In this document: positions 19,379-28,011 of the stretch, piece by piece
Position numbering within the stretch: position 1 is the stretch's first letter
How the letters are laid out: every line of letters starts with the position of its first letter
IMG/VR virus record: IMGVR_UViG_3300003690_002850
Coordinates: 68,285-132,284 of that record
From: a virus
Strand: one strand, 5' to 3'
Length of the DNA stretch: 64,000 nt
Notes under the pieces: generated by a model
The model's input: only the letters and a program-made list of their open reading frames with translations
What the model was told of the DNA's origin: nothing
Databases searched by the model: none
Made by a program: the position numbers and the translations under genes

Positions 19379-20196
19379 TGTATAATATATTATGCGCTGG
19401 TTGTTCATTTACGGCCGGGTGGAACCATACTAGCAATTTAGCTATTATTGATCGCCCTGTGGAGGATCAGTCTAAGGTCAGTACAGATATTTCGTCAGAC
19501 ATTGGCACTAGTTTGATTCCCACAGATTATGTCAACGGGCACCCTAGGGATAAGTACGAAGTTTCGATCGAAGTAAAGGATTTTGTACGAAACCCATATG
19601 TCTCTTATACTAATTATTTACCCGAGACAACATATAATATAGGCAGACCAGCTAGTGGTATTCAAAGTCAAGATATATCGAGATTTATTAAACGAAATAG
19701 ACATATACATTTAACTCATTTTATTTATCAAGTACCAAGTCCTGCTAGACAACCAAAACAATTAAATCATCCTTATATGTGGCCTTTTTGTGGTCAGAAA
19801 AATGATATTCTTTGGTCTGCAGGTAAAAAAAATAGAACGGTATGGCGATTGTTAAAGGGAGGGAATATAGATATATTTAAGAATCAACATTTATTTTTAA
19901 ACAGAGCTCTACGTAAAGTTAATAACAATGTTAACATTGTTCAACAACAACATCCTGACATAAAAATTATATTTTTACGTTATGAAGAATCCCGACACCC
20001 GTTGATCGCTGAATTTTGTGAACCTTTTTATAAGGATATGTTACCACATTACTGTGAAGAAAATAATATTACGTATATATATGTAAATGAATTTAATACA
20101 TTATTGTTCTACCGTGAGAATTTAACTATTGATAAAGTACATCCTAACGTTAAAGGTGCAAAAATAATTGCAAAAAGAATAAAGAAAGATTTATAA
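19378..20196 (+). CDS. SGNH-like protein, array copy 7
   Basis: ILCAGCSFT, long first loop, DKVHPNVKGAKIIAKRIK (diverged C-terminus). Confidence 0.7.
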   Translation: MYNILCAGCSFTAGWNHTSNLAIIDRPVEDQSKVSTDISSDIGTSLIPTDYVNGHPRDKYEVSIEVKDFVRNPYVSYTNYLPETTYNIGRPASGIQSQDISRFIKRNRHIHLTHFIYQVPSPARQPKQLNHPYMWPFCGQKNDILWSAGKKNRTVWRLLKGGNIDIFKNQHLFLNRALRKVNNNVNIVQQQHPDIKIIFLRYEESRHPLIAEFCEPFYKDMLPHYCEENNITYIYVNEFNTLLFYRENLTIDKVHPNVKGAKIIAKRIKKDL

Positions 20197-20207
20197 TAAA
20201 TATCGAT

Positions 20208-21119
20208 ATGGTCATCTTAAACAACGGTTGTTCTTTTTCAGCTAAAAGCAAAATTAAATATGCTAAAAGCGGTAAAGGTGACGTCCTACTCCGCAAAGAT
20301 GACAAAGTTCGCCGTTATAAAGATTGGAACCTAATATCATATTGTGATTATTTACCAGGAGAAATACACAATATTGCTAAACACGGATCCGGTGTTGACG
20401 TAACACGGACTAAGAAGTTTCTAGATTCTGTACACCAACGGTGGATTAATAAAAATAAGGAATTAACGCATTTTATTTATCAAATTCCTCATCCCACTAG
20501 ACAACCTATATTTGAAGAGCTAAAAGATGACGAAGAATTTTATAAAGCTACTTTACAAATTGATGAGGTTTGGGGTATTAAGAGTGACCAGCCATCTTAC
20601 GTTACCCGAGCTGCTAAACACTCAACAGGTGATAGTGAACGGTTAACAGATGTGCTCAAGCTCCTAGGTCGGAGATTTAAGAGATTCGCGTTCGGTGAAA
20701 AATATATAGACACACCGTGGGATGAAGTTCGGAAAACAGAGTATCTACAGCAAAACTTTTTATGGCATCAAGTATGTAATGAAAATAAAATCTTCGGCCC
20801 TGCTCAACGTGAAAGATATTTAAAGAAGGCACTTAATGGTGTAGACCAAAATGTTAATATGGTTCGTAATAAATGGCCAAATGTTAAAATTATATTTTTA
20901 CGATATGAAGAGACTAAAATACCTTTAGTTTATGAGTATGGAAAAGATTGGTTTAAAAATACATTATCTAATTATTGCAAAAATAATAATATTACATATA
21001 TATTTGAAGAGAACTTTAATACAAGATGGTTTCATGATAATGGTTTATGTGATGATAAAAGACATGCCAATCACGCCGGCGCTAAATTAATAGCAGATAA
21101 AATAAAGGAGCATTTATGA
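20208..21119 (+). CDS. SGNH-like protein, array copy 8
   Basis: ILNNGCSFS, THFIYQIPHPTRQP, DKRHANHAGAKLIADKIKEHL; own TAAATA motif at 20197. Confidence 0.7.
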   Translation: MVILNNGCSFSAKSKIKYAKSGKGDVLLRKDDKVRRYKDWNLISYCDYLPGEIHNIAKHGSGVDVTRTKKFLDSVHQRWINKNKELTHFIYQIPHPTRQPIFEELKDDEEFYKATLQIDEVWGIKSDQPSYVTRAAKHSTGDSERLTDVLKLLGRRFKRFAFGEKYIDTPWDEVRKTEYLQQNFLWHQVCNENKIFGPAQRERYLKKALNGVDQNVNMVRNKWPNVKIIFLRYEETKIPLVYEYGKDWFKNTLSNYCKNNNITYIFEENFNTRWFHDNGLCDDKRHANHAGAKLIADKIKEHL

Positions 21120-21223
21120 CATTTTTTTATAGAATAAAATTAAGATATCTTCAATTCAAGCAATGGTTATTACGAAAGCTCGGAAAAGACGACGACGATG
21201 ACAATACATATCCTTTTTGGTAA
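21116..21223 (+). CDS. small protein (35 aa, MTFFYRIKLRYLQFKQWLLRKLGKDDDDDNTYPFW)
   Basis: not in track; ATGA-coupled to array copy 8 with an AAGGAG SD. Confidence 0.55.
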   Translation: MTFFYRIKLRYLQFKQWLLRKLGKDDDDDNTYPFW

Positions 21224-21241
21224 TTAATTATAAATAATTAT

Positions 21242-21418
21242 ATGAAATCTATTTTGTTGTGTGGTGGTAAGGGTTGTTGCCCGATGTTAGTACTACTTAA
21301 AGACAAAAAAACAGTACAAATTACAGATGATAAAGGTAATACTGTTGAGATGCATATATCTCAAGCTAAATTAATTGATCAGGCTTTAAAAGATATTTTA
21401 AAGGAGGATAAATTATAA
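21242..21418 (+). CDS. small Cys-containing protein (58 aa, MKSILLCGGKGCCP...QITDDKGNTV)
   Basis: not in track; 5 nt after an exact TATAAATA late promoter (21229-21236). Confidence 0.65.
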   Translation: MKSILLCGGKGCCPMLVLLKDKKTVQITDDKGNTVEMHISQAKLIDQALKDILKEDKL

Positions 21419-21450
21419 TTTTTATTGATGTATTAGCGTGTATTGGTTTA

Positions 21451-21699
21451 ATGTTTATTCTCAAATATGGTACTATTCTTAATTTTCCTAGAAGAATCAT
21501 CACAAAAATATCTTTTATAAAGGAATTATTTAAATGTAGTTTATGCTTAGGCTTCTGGGCTGGTGTTATTGTATATTTCGTTAGTAAAAATGAATATATA
21601 TTATTTCCGTTTGTGAGTGCTGGTGTGTGTTGGATAATAGATAATTTTAATAACGTACTTCAATCAATTGAAATAAAACTTGATAAAGAAGATTCTTAA
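21451..21699 (+). CDS. small membrane protein, DUF1360-like
   Basis: ELFKCSLCLGFWAG motif and hydrophobic segments; true start may be upstream (see findings). Confidence 0.6.
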   Translation: MFILKYGTILNFPRRIITKISFIKELFKCSLCLGFWAGVIVYFVSKNEYILFPFVSAGVCWIIDNFNNVLQSIEIKLDKEDS

Positions 21700-21713
21700 T
21701 ATATAATAAATAT
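21680..21713 (+). promoter_or_regulatory. sigma70-like promoter TTGATA-N16-TATAAT, 6 nt before queD ATG
   Basis: TTGATA at 21680-85, TATAAT at 21702-07, ATG at 21714. Confidence 0.6.
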
Positions 21714-22361
21714 ATGAAGTTTTCTAGTACGAAGATTCTTGAACTCGGTAGCTGTGCTTTTCGACAACCAAATGCCAGTCATTCTCATTGTAGATTTTTA
21801 CATGGTTATAGATTAACAGCTAAATTCTGGTTCGGTACTAATCAATTAGACGAGAACCATTGGGTTGTAGATTTCGGCGACTTAAGCCGTCTTAAAAACA
21901 TTTTAAAAGATCAGTTTGATCATACAACTTGTATTGCGGCAGATGATTCCGCTTTACCTATCTTCGAAGAATTACAAAAAGCGGATGCATGTGATTTAAG
22001 AGTAATGCCTAATGGAACAGGTATTGAAAGAATCGCTGAATATTGTCATAATATTGCTAATGATGTTATAAGAGAGCAAACTGAAGGTAGATGTTGGGTG
22101 GATAAAGTTGAAGTTTTTGAACATGAAAACAATTCTGCTATATATACAGAGAATATTACTACTACGATGAGATTTGCTGATGCGTTTGTTAATGAAATGG
22201 GTAAAGGAAGTAAAAGAAGATCAGGAGAAAATACAACAAATATTGTATCTAACTGGGATGAAATTGACTGGGGGTATATAATGTTTACTAAAGACGAAGA
22301 AGCCGATAAAGAAAAAAATGAACGAAAAAGAATCAGAGATACTAAACGTCGACGGAAATAA
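21714..22361 (+). CDS. queD: 6-carboxytetrahydropterin synthase QueD with C-terminal extension
   Basis: SHCRFLHGY, WVVDFG, FDHT, GIERIAE, VEVFEHENNSA; adjacent to queE. Confidence 0.9.
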   Translation: MKFSSTKILELGSCAFRQPNASHSHCRFLHGYRLTAKFWFGTNQLDENHWVVDFGDLSRLKNILKDQFDHTTCIAADDSALPIFEELQKADACDLRVMPNGTGIERIAEYCHNIANDVIREQTEGRCWVDKVEVFEHENNSAIYTENITTTMRFADAFVNEMGKGSKRRSGENTTNIVSNWDEIDWGYIMFTKDEEADKEKNERKRIRDTKRRRK

Positions 22362-23088
22362 TACAATTTATTTATCTGATGATAAAATATTTTATACCGT
22401 AGAAGGAGAAGGTGAACTTGTAGGGTATCCTTCTGTGTTTATGCGGCTTTCGATGTGTAACTTAACATGTCAAGGCTTTGCATCAGAAGATTCACCTCAC
22501 GGGTGTGATAGTTATATTTCTTGGAGTGTAAAAAACAAACTTACATTAAAAGAGATACTTGATTTTCTCGAGACTAGTGGTTATAAAGATCATTTATACA
22601 ATGGTGCTATATTAAAAATTACTGGCGGAGAGCCTTTAGTACAGCAAAAGGCATTATTACGCTTTTTAAATTATATGGAAGTTGAATGGGGATGGGTTCC
22701 TCGTATAGATTTTGAAACTAATGCTACTATTTTACCTGATAAAGAGTGGACGAGAGTAAAAGCTACGTTTACTACATCTCCCAAAATGAGTAATAATGGT
22801 GATCCTGTAGATAGACGGTATAAACCTAAAGTATTAGAGTGGCATGCTTTCATGGGGTCTGGTTTTAAGTTTGTTATTAATCAAGAATCAGATATAGATG
22901 AAGTTTTTGGTAAATATGTTGTACCGTTTGATATACCTACAGGTAGGGTATGGCTAATGCCTTGTTGCGGTAGCAGAGAGGAGCATATAGAGAAGGCTCC
23001 TATGGTTGCTGAGCTAGCTAAAAGGTATAGGTTTAACTTTAGTCCTAGATTACATTTATTAGTATGGGATATGGCCTTAAAAGTATAG
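22318..23088 (+). CDS. queE: 7-carboxy-7-deazaguanine synthase QueE (radical SAM)
   Basis: FYTVEGEG, FMRLSMCNLTC...CDS, ITGGEP, FETNAT, SPK, KFVI, FSPRLH. Confidence 0.92.
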   Translation: MNEKESEILNVDGNNTIYLSDDKIFYTVEGEGELVGYPSVFMRLSMCNLTCQGFASEDSPHGCDSYISWSVKNKLTLKEILDFLETSGYKDHLYNGAILKITGGEPLVQQKALLRFLNYMEVEWGWVPRIDFETNATILPDKEWTRVKATFTTSPKMSNNGDPVDRRYKPKVLEWHAFMGSGFKFVINQESDIDEVFGKYVVPFDIPTGRVWLMPCCGSREEHIEKAPMVAELAKRYRFNFSPRLHLLVWDMALKV

Positions 23089-23108
23089 ATTAATAAATAT
23101 TAAATAAT

Positions 23109-23867
23109 ATGAGGATTGCAATTAGTGGAACAGCGTGTCAGGGCAAGACAACCTTAATTACAGATTTCTTAGAGCAATGGCCTAACTATAAAACACCTAA
23201 AAAAACTTATAGAGACATTATCGAGGAAAATAATCTTGATCATTCTTCTAAAACTAATAAAAAAACCCAAAAAAAGATTTTAGAGTTTATGATCAAAGAG
23301 CAAAAGAAATATCGTAAGTCTGATAATGTAATTTTTGATAGATGTCCGTTAGATAATCTTGTATATAGTATGTGGTCAACTGAACAATCTGAGTCAGATA
23401 TTGATGATAAATTTGTACAAGAATGTATACCTCTTGTTAGAGAGAGTTTTTGTAATTTAGATATTATATTTTTTACACCTATAACAAAGGTTGCTCCGGT
23501 TGAGCTAACGGAAGACGATTTACGTGATACCGATCCTAAAGTTATAGAAGAAGTTGATAATATATTTAAAGCTATGCATCGAGAATACATGACTAACGAT
23601 AAAAGTGTATTTTTTGAAAACGAAGACAAACCTGGTATTATAGAAGTATTTGGTGATCGAAGACAGCGTATAGCAATACTTAAGCTTTATATAGATGCTG
23701 AGGGAGATATACACCCTGGCGGTGATCTCATTGATGAAGCTATGTTATCTGATCTGAAGGCGTTGAGTGGGGTATGGAATGACGTAGATCCTGCAGAACA
23801 TTCTCATTTACGAAAAGCTATGGAAAAGCAAATTAAGCAGGATCGCAGTCATCGGATGAATAAATAA
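23109..23867 (+). CDS. P-loop NTPase of AAA_28 / nucleotide-kinase type
   Basis: MRIAISGTACQGKTT, FDRCPLDNLVY. Confidence 0.7.
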   Translation: MRIAISGTACQGKTTLITDFLEQWPNYKTPKKTYRDIIEENNLDHSSKTNKKTQKKILEFMIKEQKKYRKSDNVIFDRCPLDNLVYSMWSTEQSESDIDDKFVQECIPLVRESFCNLDIIFFTPITKVAPVELTEDDLRDTDPKVIEEVDNIFKAMHREYMTNDKSVFFENEDKPGIIEVFGDRRQRIAILKLYIDAEGDIHPGGDLIDEAMLSDLKALSGVWNDVDPAEHSHLRKAMEKQIKQDRSHRMNK

Positions 23868-23871
23868 TTAT

Positions 23872-24063
23872 ATGACTGATTATGATAAATTATGCGAACG
23901 ATATATGACTAGACAGGTACGTTCTTTTTATCCTCGTAAGTTTGAATTATCAAAAGAGTTTCTTGATGCATTTAAATTAGAATATTCTCGGTTAGTTGAA
24001 GGTGGTCAAAATAAAAAGACTCTATTAGAGAGAATTCGTAAAGCTTTAACCTTCCATCTTTAA
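23872..24063 (+). CDS. small hypothetical protein
   Basis: 63-aa ORF 5 nt after TAAATA (23861-66). Confidence 0.6.
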   Translation: MTDYDKLCERYMTRQVRSFYPRKFELSKEFLDAFKLEYSRLVEGGQNKKTLLERIRKALTFHL

Positions 24064-24846
24064 ATCTCGTAATACTCTTACAATATATTTTAAAATTTCC
24101 GATCTCACAATATCTAATTCATTAAACTCAAATACACATATACCCTGATCGAGAGATTCTTTTTTATTAAATGCACTTATAATAGACTTAAATCCAGTTT
24201 TAATTCCAATATCACTTTGTTGGGTGTCTCCAGTTACTATATATTTCGTATTTTCTCCAAACCTTGTTAATATTGTAGTTAATTCCCCTGGAGTTAAGTT
24301 TTGAGCCTCATCCACAACAACACAAGCATTATTAAACGTTAATCCACGTACGTAATTAACAGGTACGCATTTAATATATTGCTCGCTTATTAAATTAGTA
24401 GATAGTGACTTATCTAAAAATTCATTTAATTTTTCAAACAACGGAAAACACCACGGTAAGAACTTATCATCAACTTCTCCAGGAAGTGACCCCATACTTT
24501 TTGATGCCGACTCTACAATGCTTCTTATGTAGATAATTTCTTGTACTTTTCGTGTACGTAATAACTGTAAAGCAACATATACTGATAAATATGTTTTTGC
24601 CGAGCCTGCTGGCCCATCGACTAGAGCCATCTTACAAGTGTCCTTAAAACAACTTTCAAGGAACTCTTCATGAACTGGTGTTATCTCATATTTTTGTGTA
24701 ACATTAAAATTTAGGAATGTATTTTTTTCTATACTTTCTTTTATTTCCTGATTATTAACTATTGCTTTTCTACTAACTCGCTTGCCACTAAGTGCAGTCT
24801 TTTTAGTTGAGTTAGAAACCGACGCGGGCCGTCCTTTTCTAGCCAT
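24046..24846 (-). CDS. phoH: PhoH-family ATPase
   Basis: GPAGSAKT, GSLPG, VRGLTF, VDEAQN, LTRFGE, GDTQQSD, DIVRS. Confidence 0.93.
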   Translation of the reverse strand: MARKGRPASVSNSTKKTALSGKRVSRKAIVNNQEIKESIEKNTFLNFNVTQKYEITPVHEEFLESCFKDTCKMALVDGPAGSAKTYLSVYVALQLLRTRKVQEIIYIRSIVESASKSMGSLPGEVDDKFLPWCFPLFEKLNEFLDKSLSTNLISEQYIKCVPVNYVRGLTFNNACVVVDEAQNLTPGELTTILTRFGENTKYIVTGDTQQSDIGIKTGFKSIISAFNKKESLDQGICVFEFNELDIVRSEILKYIVRVLRDLKMEG

Positions 24847-24904
24847 ATCTTTAAGTATTTATTGCATTTTACATAAATTCAAATCAATAATTAAACATTT
24901 ATCA

Positions 24905-25699
24905 GTGATAAAAATATTTACAGGGTGGAGTAATTCAGGTGGCTCGACGACAGCACTTATTAACTTATGTAACTTATTTAACGACAACGGATATGAATGT
25001 ATAATGTATGGGCCACATACATGGCACTTAGATCGGTGTCGCGGTGCAAATCTACAAACCGCGACTACTACAAAATCAGATAAAATTATATATCATTTTC
25101 TTGATGTAAGAAAAACTAGACCGGATGTTGATAAGTTTGTTTTAACTTTGCACGAAAAGGCTCTATATCCTCTCAAAGAGAAACCAGTTCATATTTTTGA
25201 TAAAGTTCATTTTTTAAATAAAGAACAGATTAACTGGCATGGAGTTTATAAGGATCTTTCGTGGTTTATATGTGGCAATGCTCATGAGAGTTTAATACCG
25301 CTTAAACAGCTAAAACAAAGAGTAGCTGGCATTATAGGTAATATCGACGAGAATAAACAAGTACATATTTCAATACAAAGAGCTCTTAAAGATGGTCATA
25401 AAGATATTCGAATATACGGTAATAACAATGACCCTCAATATTGGAATAACTATGTACAGCCGTTATTAAATAAAAACTCTAATGTAGTTAAGTTTATTGG
25501 ATATGAAAATGATAAACAGAAAGTATATAATACAGTGACCGATGTATATCATTCTTCATTATCTGAGAATGCTTCACTTGTATATGACGAGTGTAGGTTA
25601 ACAGAAGTTACCTTTCATGGTAATGAAAATATTGTCAACCAGCCTATTTGGTCAAATCTCGCTATTTTAAAACTGTGGGTACAGCAATTAGAATTATGA
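24905..25699 (+). CDS. GT-B (GT4-like) glycosyltransferase
   Basis: N-terminal GWSNSGGST, GIIGNIDENK, HSSLSENASLVYDEC; GTG at 24905 preferred because the track start overlaps phoH. Confidence 0.7.
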   Translation: MIKIFTGWSNSGGSTTALINLCNLFNDNGYECIMYGPHTWHLDRCRGANLQTATTTKSDKIIYHFLDVRKTRPDVDKFVLTLHEKALYPLKEKPVHIFDKVHFLNKEQINWHGVYKDLSWFICGNAHESLIPLKQLKQRVAGIIGNIDENKQVHISIQRALKDGHKDIRIYGNNNDPQYWNNYVQPLLNKNSNVVKFIGYENDKQKVYNTVTDVYHSSLSENASLVYDECRLTEVTFHGNENIVNQPIWSNLAILKLWVQQLEL

Positions 25700-26454
25700 G
25701 TAATATTATTCAAACATTATGGATCGGAAATACCTTTTCACCTATGGAGATTTTATCTTTGAATTCATTTGTTAAAAATGGTATGGAAATTCATTTATAT
25801 TGTTATGAAGATATAAAAAATGTTCCTCGAGGCGTAGTTATAAAGGACGGTAGAGATATTCTCCCTAAAGAAGATATTTTTGCATATCAAGTCGGGGAAG
25901 GTAAAGGATCATATTCTGCTTTTTCTAATTACTTTCGATATAAGCTGTTATACGAAAAAGGTGGATGGTGGGTTGATACAGATATGGTCTGTCTACAACC
26001 GTGGAATTTTACAGAAGATCGTGTGTTTTGCTCTGAGGAAAATTATGAAACAGGATTATCTTTCTTAAACACAGGTGCTATTAAATGTCCAGTTGGTGAT
26101 GAGTTAATGAATTACTGTTATAACGAATGCTTAAAGAAAGATAAACAAACCTTAGAGTGGGGTATCGTAGGTCCAAAGCTTTTAAATACAGCAGTACATA
26201 AATTTAAATATACTAATTTTGTTAAACCTATACAGTCCTTTAGTCTTGTTGCTCCTTTTAGGTCACAATTGTTTATTATTCCAAAAGGTGGAGTATATGG
26301 TCTAAATGTATTAACGGATTTAATATTTACTCCAGGTAAAAATGTATATGGATTACATTTATGGAATGAAGCTTGGAATAGAATAGGTATAAGCAAGCAT
26401 ATTGATCATGATGTAACTTCAATTTACGAGCAATTAAAATTAAAATATGTATAA
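25696..26454 (+). CDS. DxD glycosyltransferase (GT32-like)
   Basis: IQTLWIG, FSNYFRYKLLYEKGGWWVDTD, WGIVGPKLL, HLWNE; ATG at 25696 overlaps the upstream stop. Confidence 0.8.
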   Translation: MSNIIQTLWIGNTFSPMEILSLNSFVKNGMEIHLYCYEDIKNVPRGVVIKDGRDILPKEDIFAYQVGEGKGSYSAFSNYFRYKLLYEKGGWWVDTDMVCLQPWNFTEDRVFCSEENYETGLSFLNTGAIKCPVGDELMNYCYNECLKKDKQTLEWGIVGPKLLNTAVHKFKYTNFVKPIQSFSLVAPFRSQLFIIPKGGVYGLNVLTDLIFTPGKNVYGLHLWNEAWNRIGISKHIDHDVTSIYEQLKLKYV

Positions 26455-28003
26455 TATAGTATTTTTAATTAGTAAAGAACATTATAATACGAAAATGTCT
26501 CGTATTAGGTTTCATTCTATACGAGCTTTGTTTAATCATAAACAAGTCAATGGTATATATACTGGTCCTGGATGGGATAATTGGGGTTCCACTATATCAG
26601 TACAGGCAAATTTAGATAATATTCTTAAAGGTAAAGAATGTCATTTAGTTATTGGATATAAACCTCTTGAAATTTCGGGATTCGCAGATATTACTTATAA
26701 TAAATGTATTCGTTATAATGAGATGTATGATAAAGAGTGGACATTAAAAGAAATAACTGAAAGTAAAGCTAATATTATTATATGTCATCATTATAATGAC
26801 TATAAAGAATATATAAACATCTTAAAAACTAAAAAACTTAATCATATTAAATGTTTAACATGGGTTCCTCACTGCGCTGATGCGAGTATATTTAAACCTA
26901 AACCTGAAATTGAAAAAATATATGATGTAGCACTTGTAGGAGCTACTAATGTTACAACAATGTTAGGAGAACATTATCCATTAAGAGCGAGAATGTGTAG
27001 GTTGCTGGATCTTATGCCGTATCGATATAGGTGTGCTGTTGTTCCGCACGTTGGTGGTTCGCACTCTGATGCATATACAGATAAATATGCTATCGATTTT
27101 GCTAATAAAATAAATTCAGCTAAAATTATTATAACAGATAGTGGTGCACCTAAATCTAGATTTGGAAAATATATAGAAGTGCCTATGTGTGGTGTTGCCT
27201 TGGCTGGTGATGTATATGACGACCACCCTACAGATGTTGAATTATTAAAGTCTTTTTTAATTGATATTAATATGCAAATGTCTGATCAAGAAATTATTGA
27301 AAAGCTTGTTTATTATTTAGAAAATAACAACGAAAGGGAAGAGAAGGTAAAAGCTGGTATTGAATATACTAAAGATTTCACTCAAGAAAGATATGCAGAA
27401 AGGTGTATTAATATATTATCCAAATTACAAGAACAAGAAAATAAGTATATTGAATATATTAATTTGCAAAAAGAAAAAACTACTGATCCTGTACGGAGGG
27501 AAAAGTGGCTAAATGGAGAGTGGTTAAGTAAGCTCGGTGGTTTTAAGAAGATTTTTAATAAGCATGTAGATTATATTGGTAATGAGTGTTTATGTATCGG
27601 TGCGAGAACTGGCCAAGAGGTACAGGCTTTAATAGATTTAAATAAAAACGCAATTGGTATAGATTTAGTTGCATGCGAACCACTCGTCGTTGAAGGAGAT
27701 TTCCATGATTTGAGGTTTGATAATGAATCTTTTGATTTTATTTTTTCTAATGCATTCGATCACTCATTATACCCTTCGAAATTTTGCTCTGAAATGATAC
27801 GAGTTTTAAAACCAGGCGGTGTCGTATTATTACATCTACAAGTAAATGTACCTAACGATAAATATGGTGTTTTTGATATAAAAGACACACAAGCTGATGT
27901 ATTTAATAGACTGCCAAGCAACACAGAGGTTATAAAATTGAATAATATTTTTTATGAAGAGTTTAACACATTTAATCAAGAGGTTTTAATTAAGAAAATA
28001 TAA
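26447..28003 (+). CDS. fusion of a GT-B (CgeB-like) glycosyltransferase and a class I SAM methyltransferase
   Basis: N-domain PHCAD..IFKP, YPLR, KYIEVPMCG; C-domain CIGARTGQEV, GIDL, GDFH, SFDFIFSN, RVLKPGG. Confidence 0.75.
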   Translation: MYNIVFLISKEHYNTKMSRIRFHSIRALFNHKQVNGIYTGPGWDNWGSTISVQANLDNILKGKECHLVIGYKPLEISGFADITYNKCIRYNEMYDKEWTLKEITESKANIIICHHYNDYKEYINILKTKKLNHIKCLTWVPHCADASIFKPKPEIEKIYDVALVGATNVTTMLGEHYPLRARMCRLLDLMPYRYRCAVVPHVGGSHSDAYTDKYAIDFANKINSAKIIITDSGAPKSRFGKYIEVPMCGVALAGDVYDDHPTDVELLKSFLIDINMQMSDQEIIEKLVYYLENNNEREEKVKAGIEYTKDFTQERYAERCINILSKLQEQENKYIEYINLQKEKTTDPVRREKWLNGEWLSKLGGFKKIFNKHVDYIGNECLCIGARTGQEVQALIDLNKNAIGIDLVACEPLVVEGDFHDLRFDNESFDFIFSNAFDHSLYPSKFCSEMIRVLKPGGVVLLHLQVNVPNDKYGVFDIKDTQADVFNRLPSNTEVIKLNNIFYEEFNTFNQEVLIKKI

Positions 28004-28011
28004 AAACAACA

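Larger units (their letters stand above)
15661..21119 (+). repeat. dispersed ~30-bp direct repeat ATAGCAGATAAAATAAARGAGYATTT(ATGA/GTAATG) at the 3' end of 7 of 8 array genes
   Basis: copies start at 15661, 16383, 17132, 17959, 18702, 19349 and 21090. Confidence 0.9.

Noticed and set aside
14833-21119. Array as a diversity-generating retroelement target
   Set aside because: No reverse transcriptase or TR/VR pair in the window; variation is whole-segment indels, not adenine-specific substitutions
15661-21119. Junction repeats as a CRISPR array or integron attC sites
   Set aside because: Repeats are protein-coding, at least ~650 bp apart and non-palindromic; no cas or integrase gene
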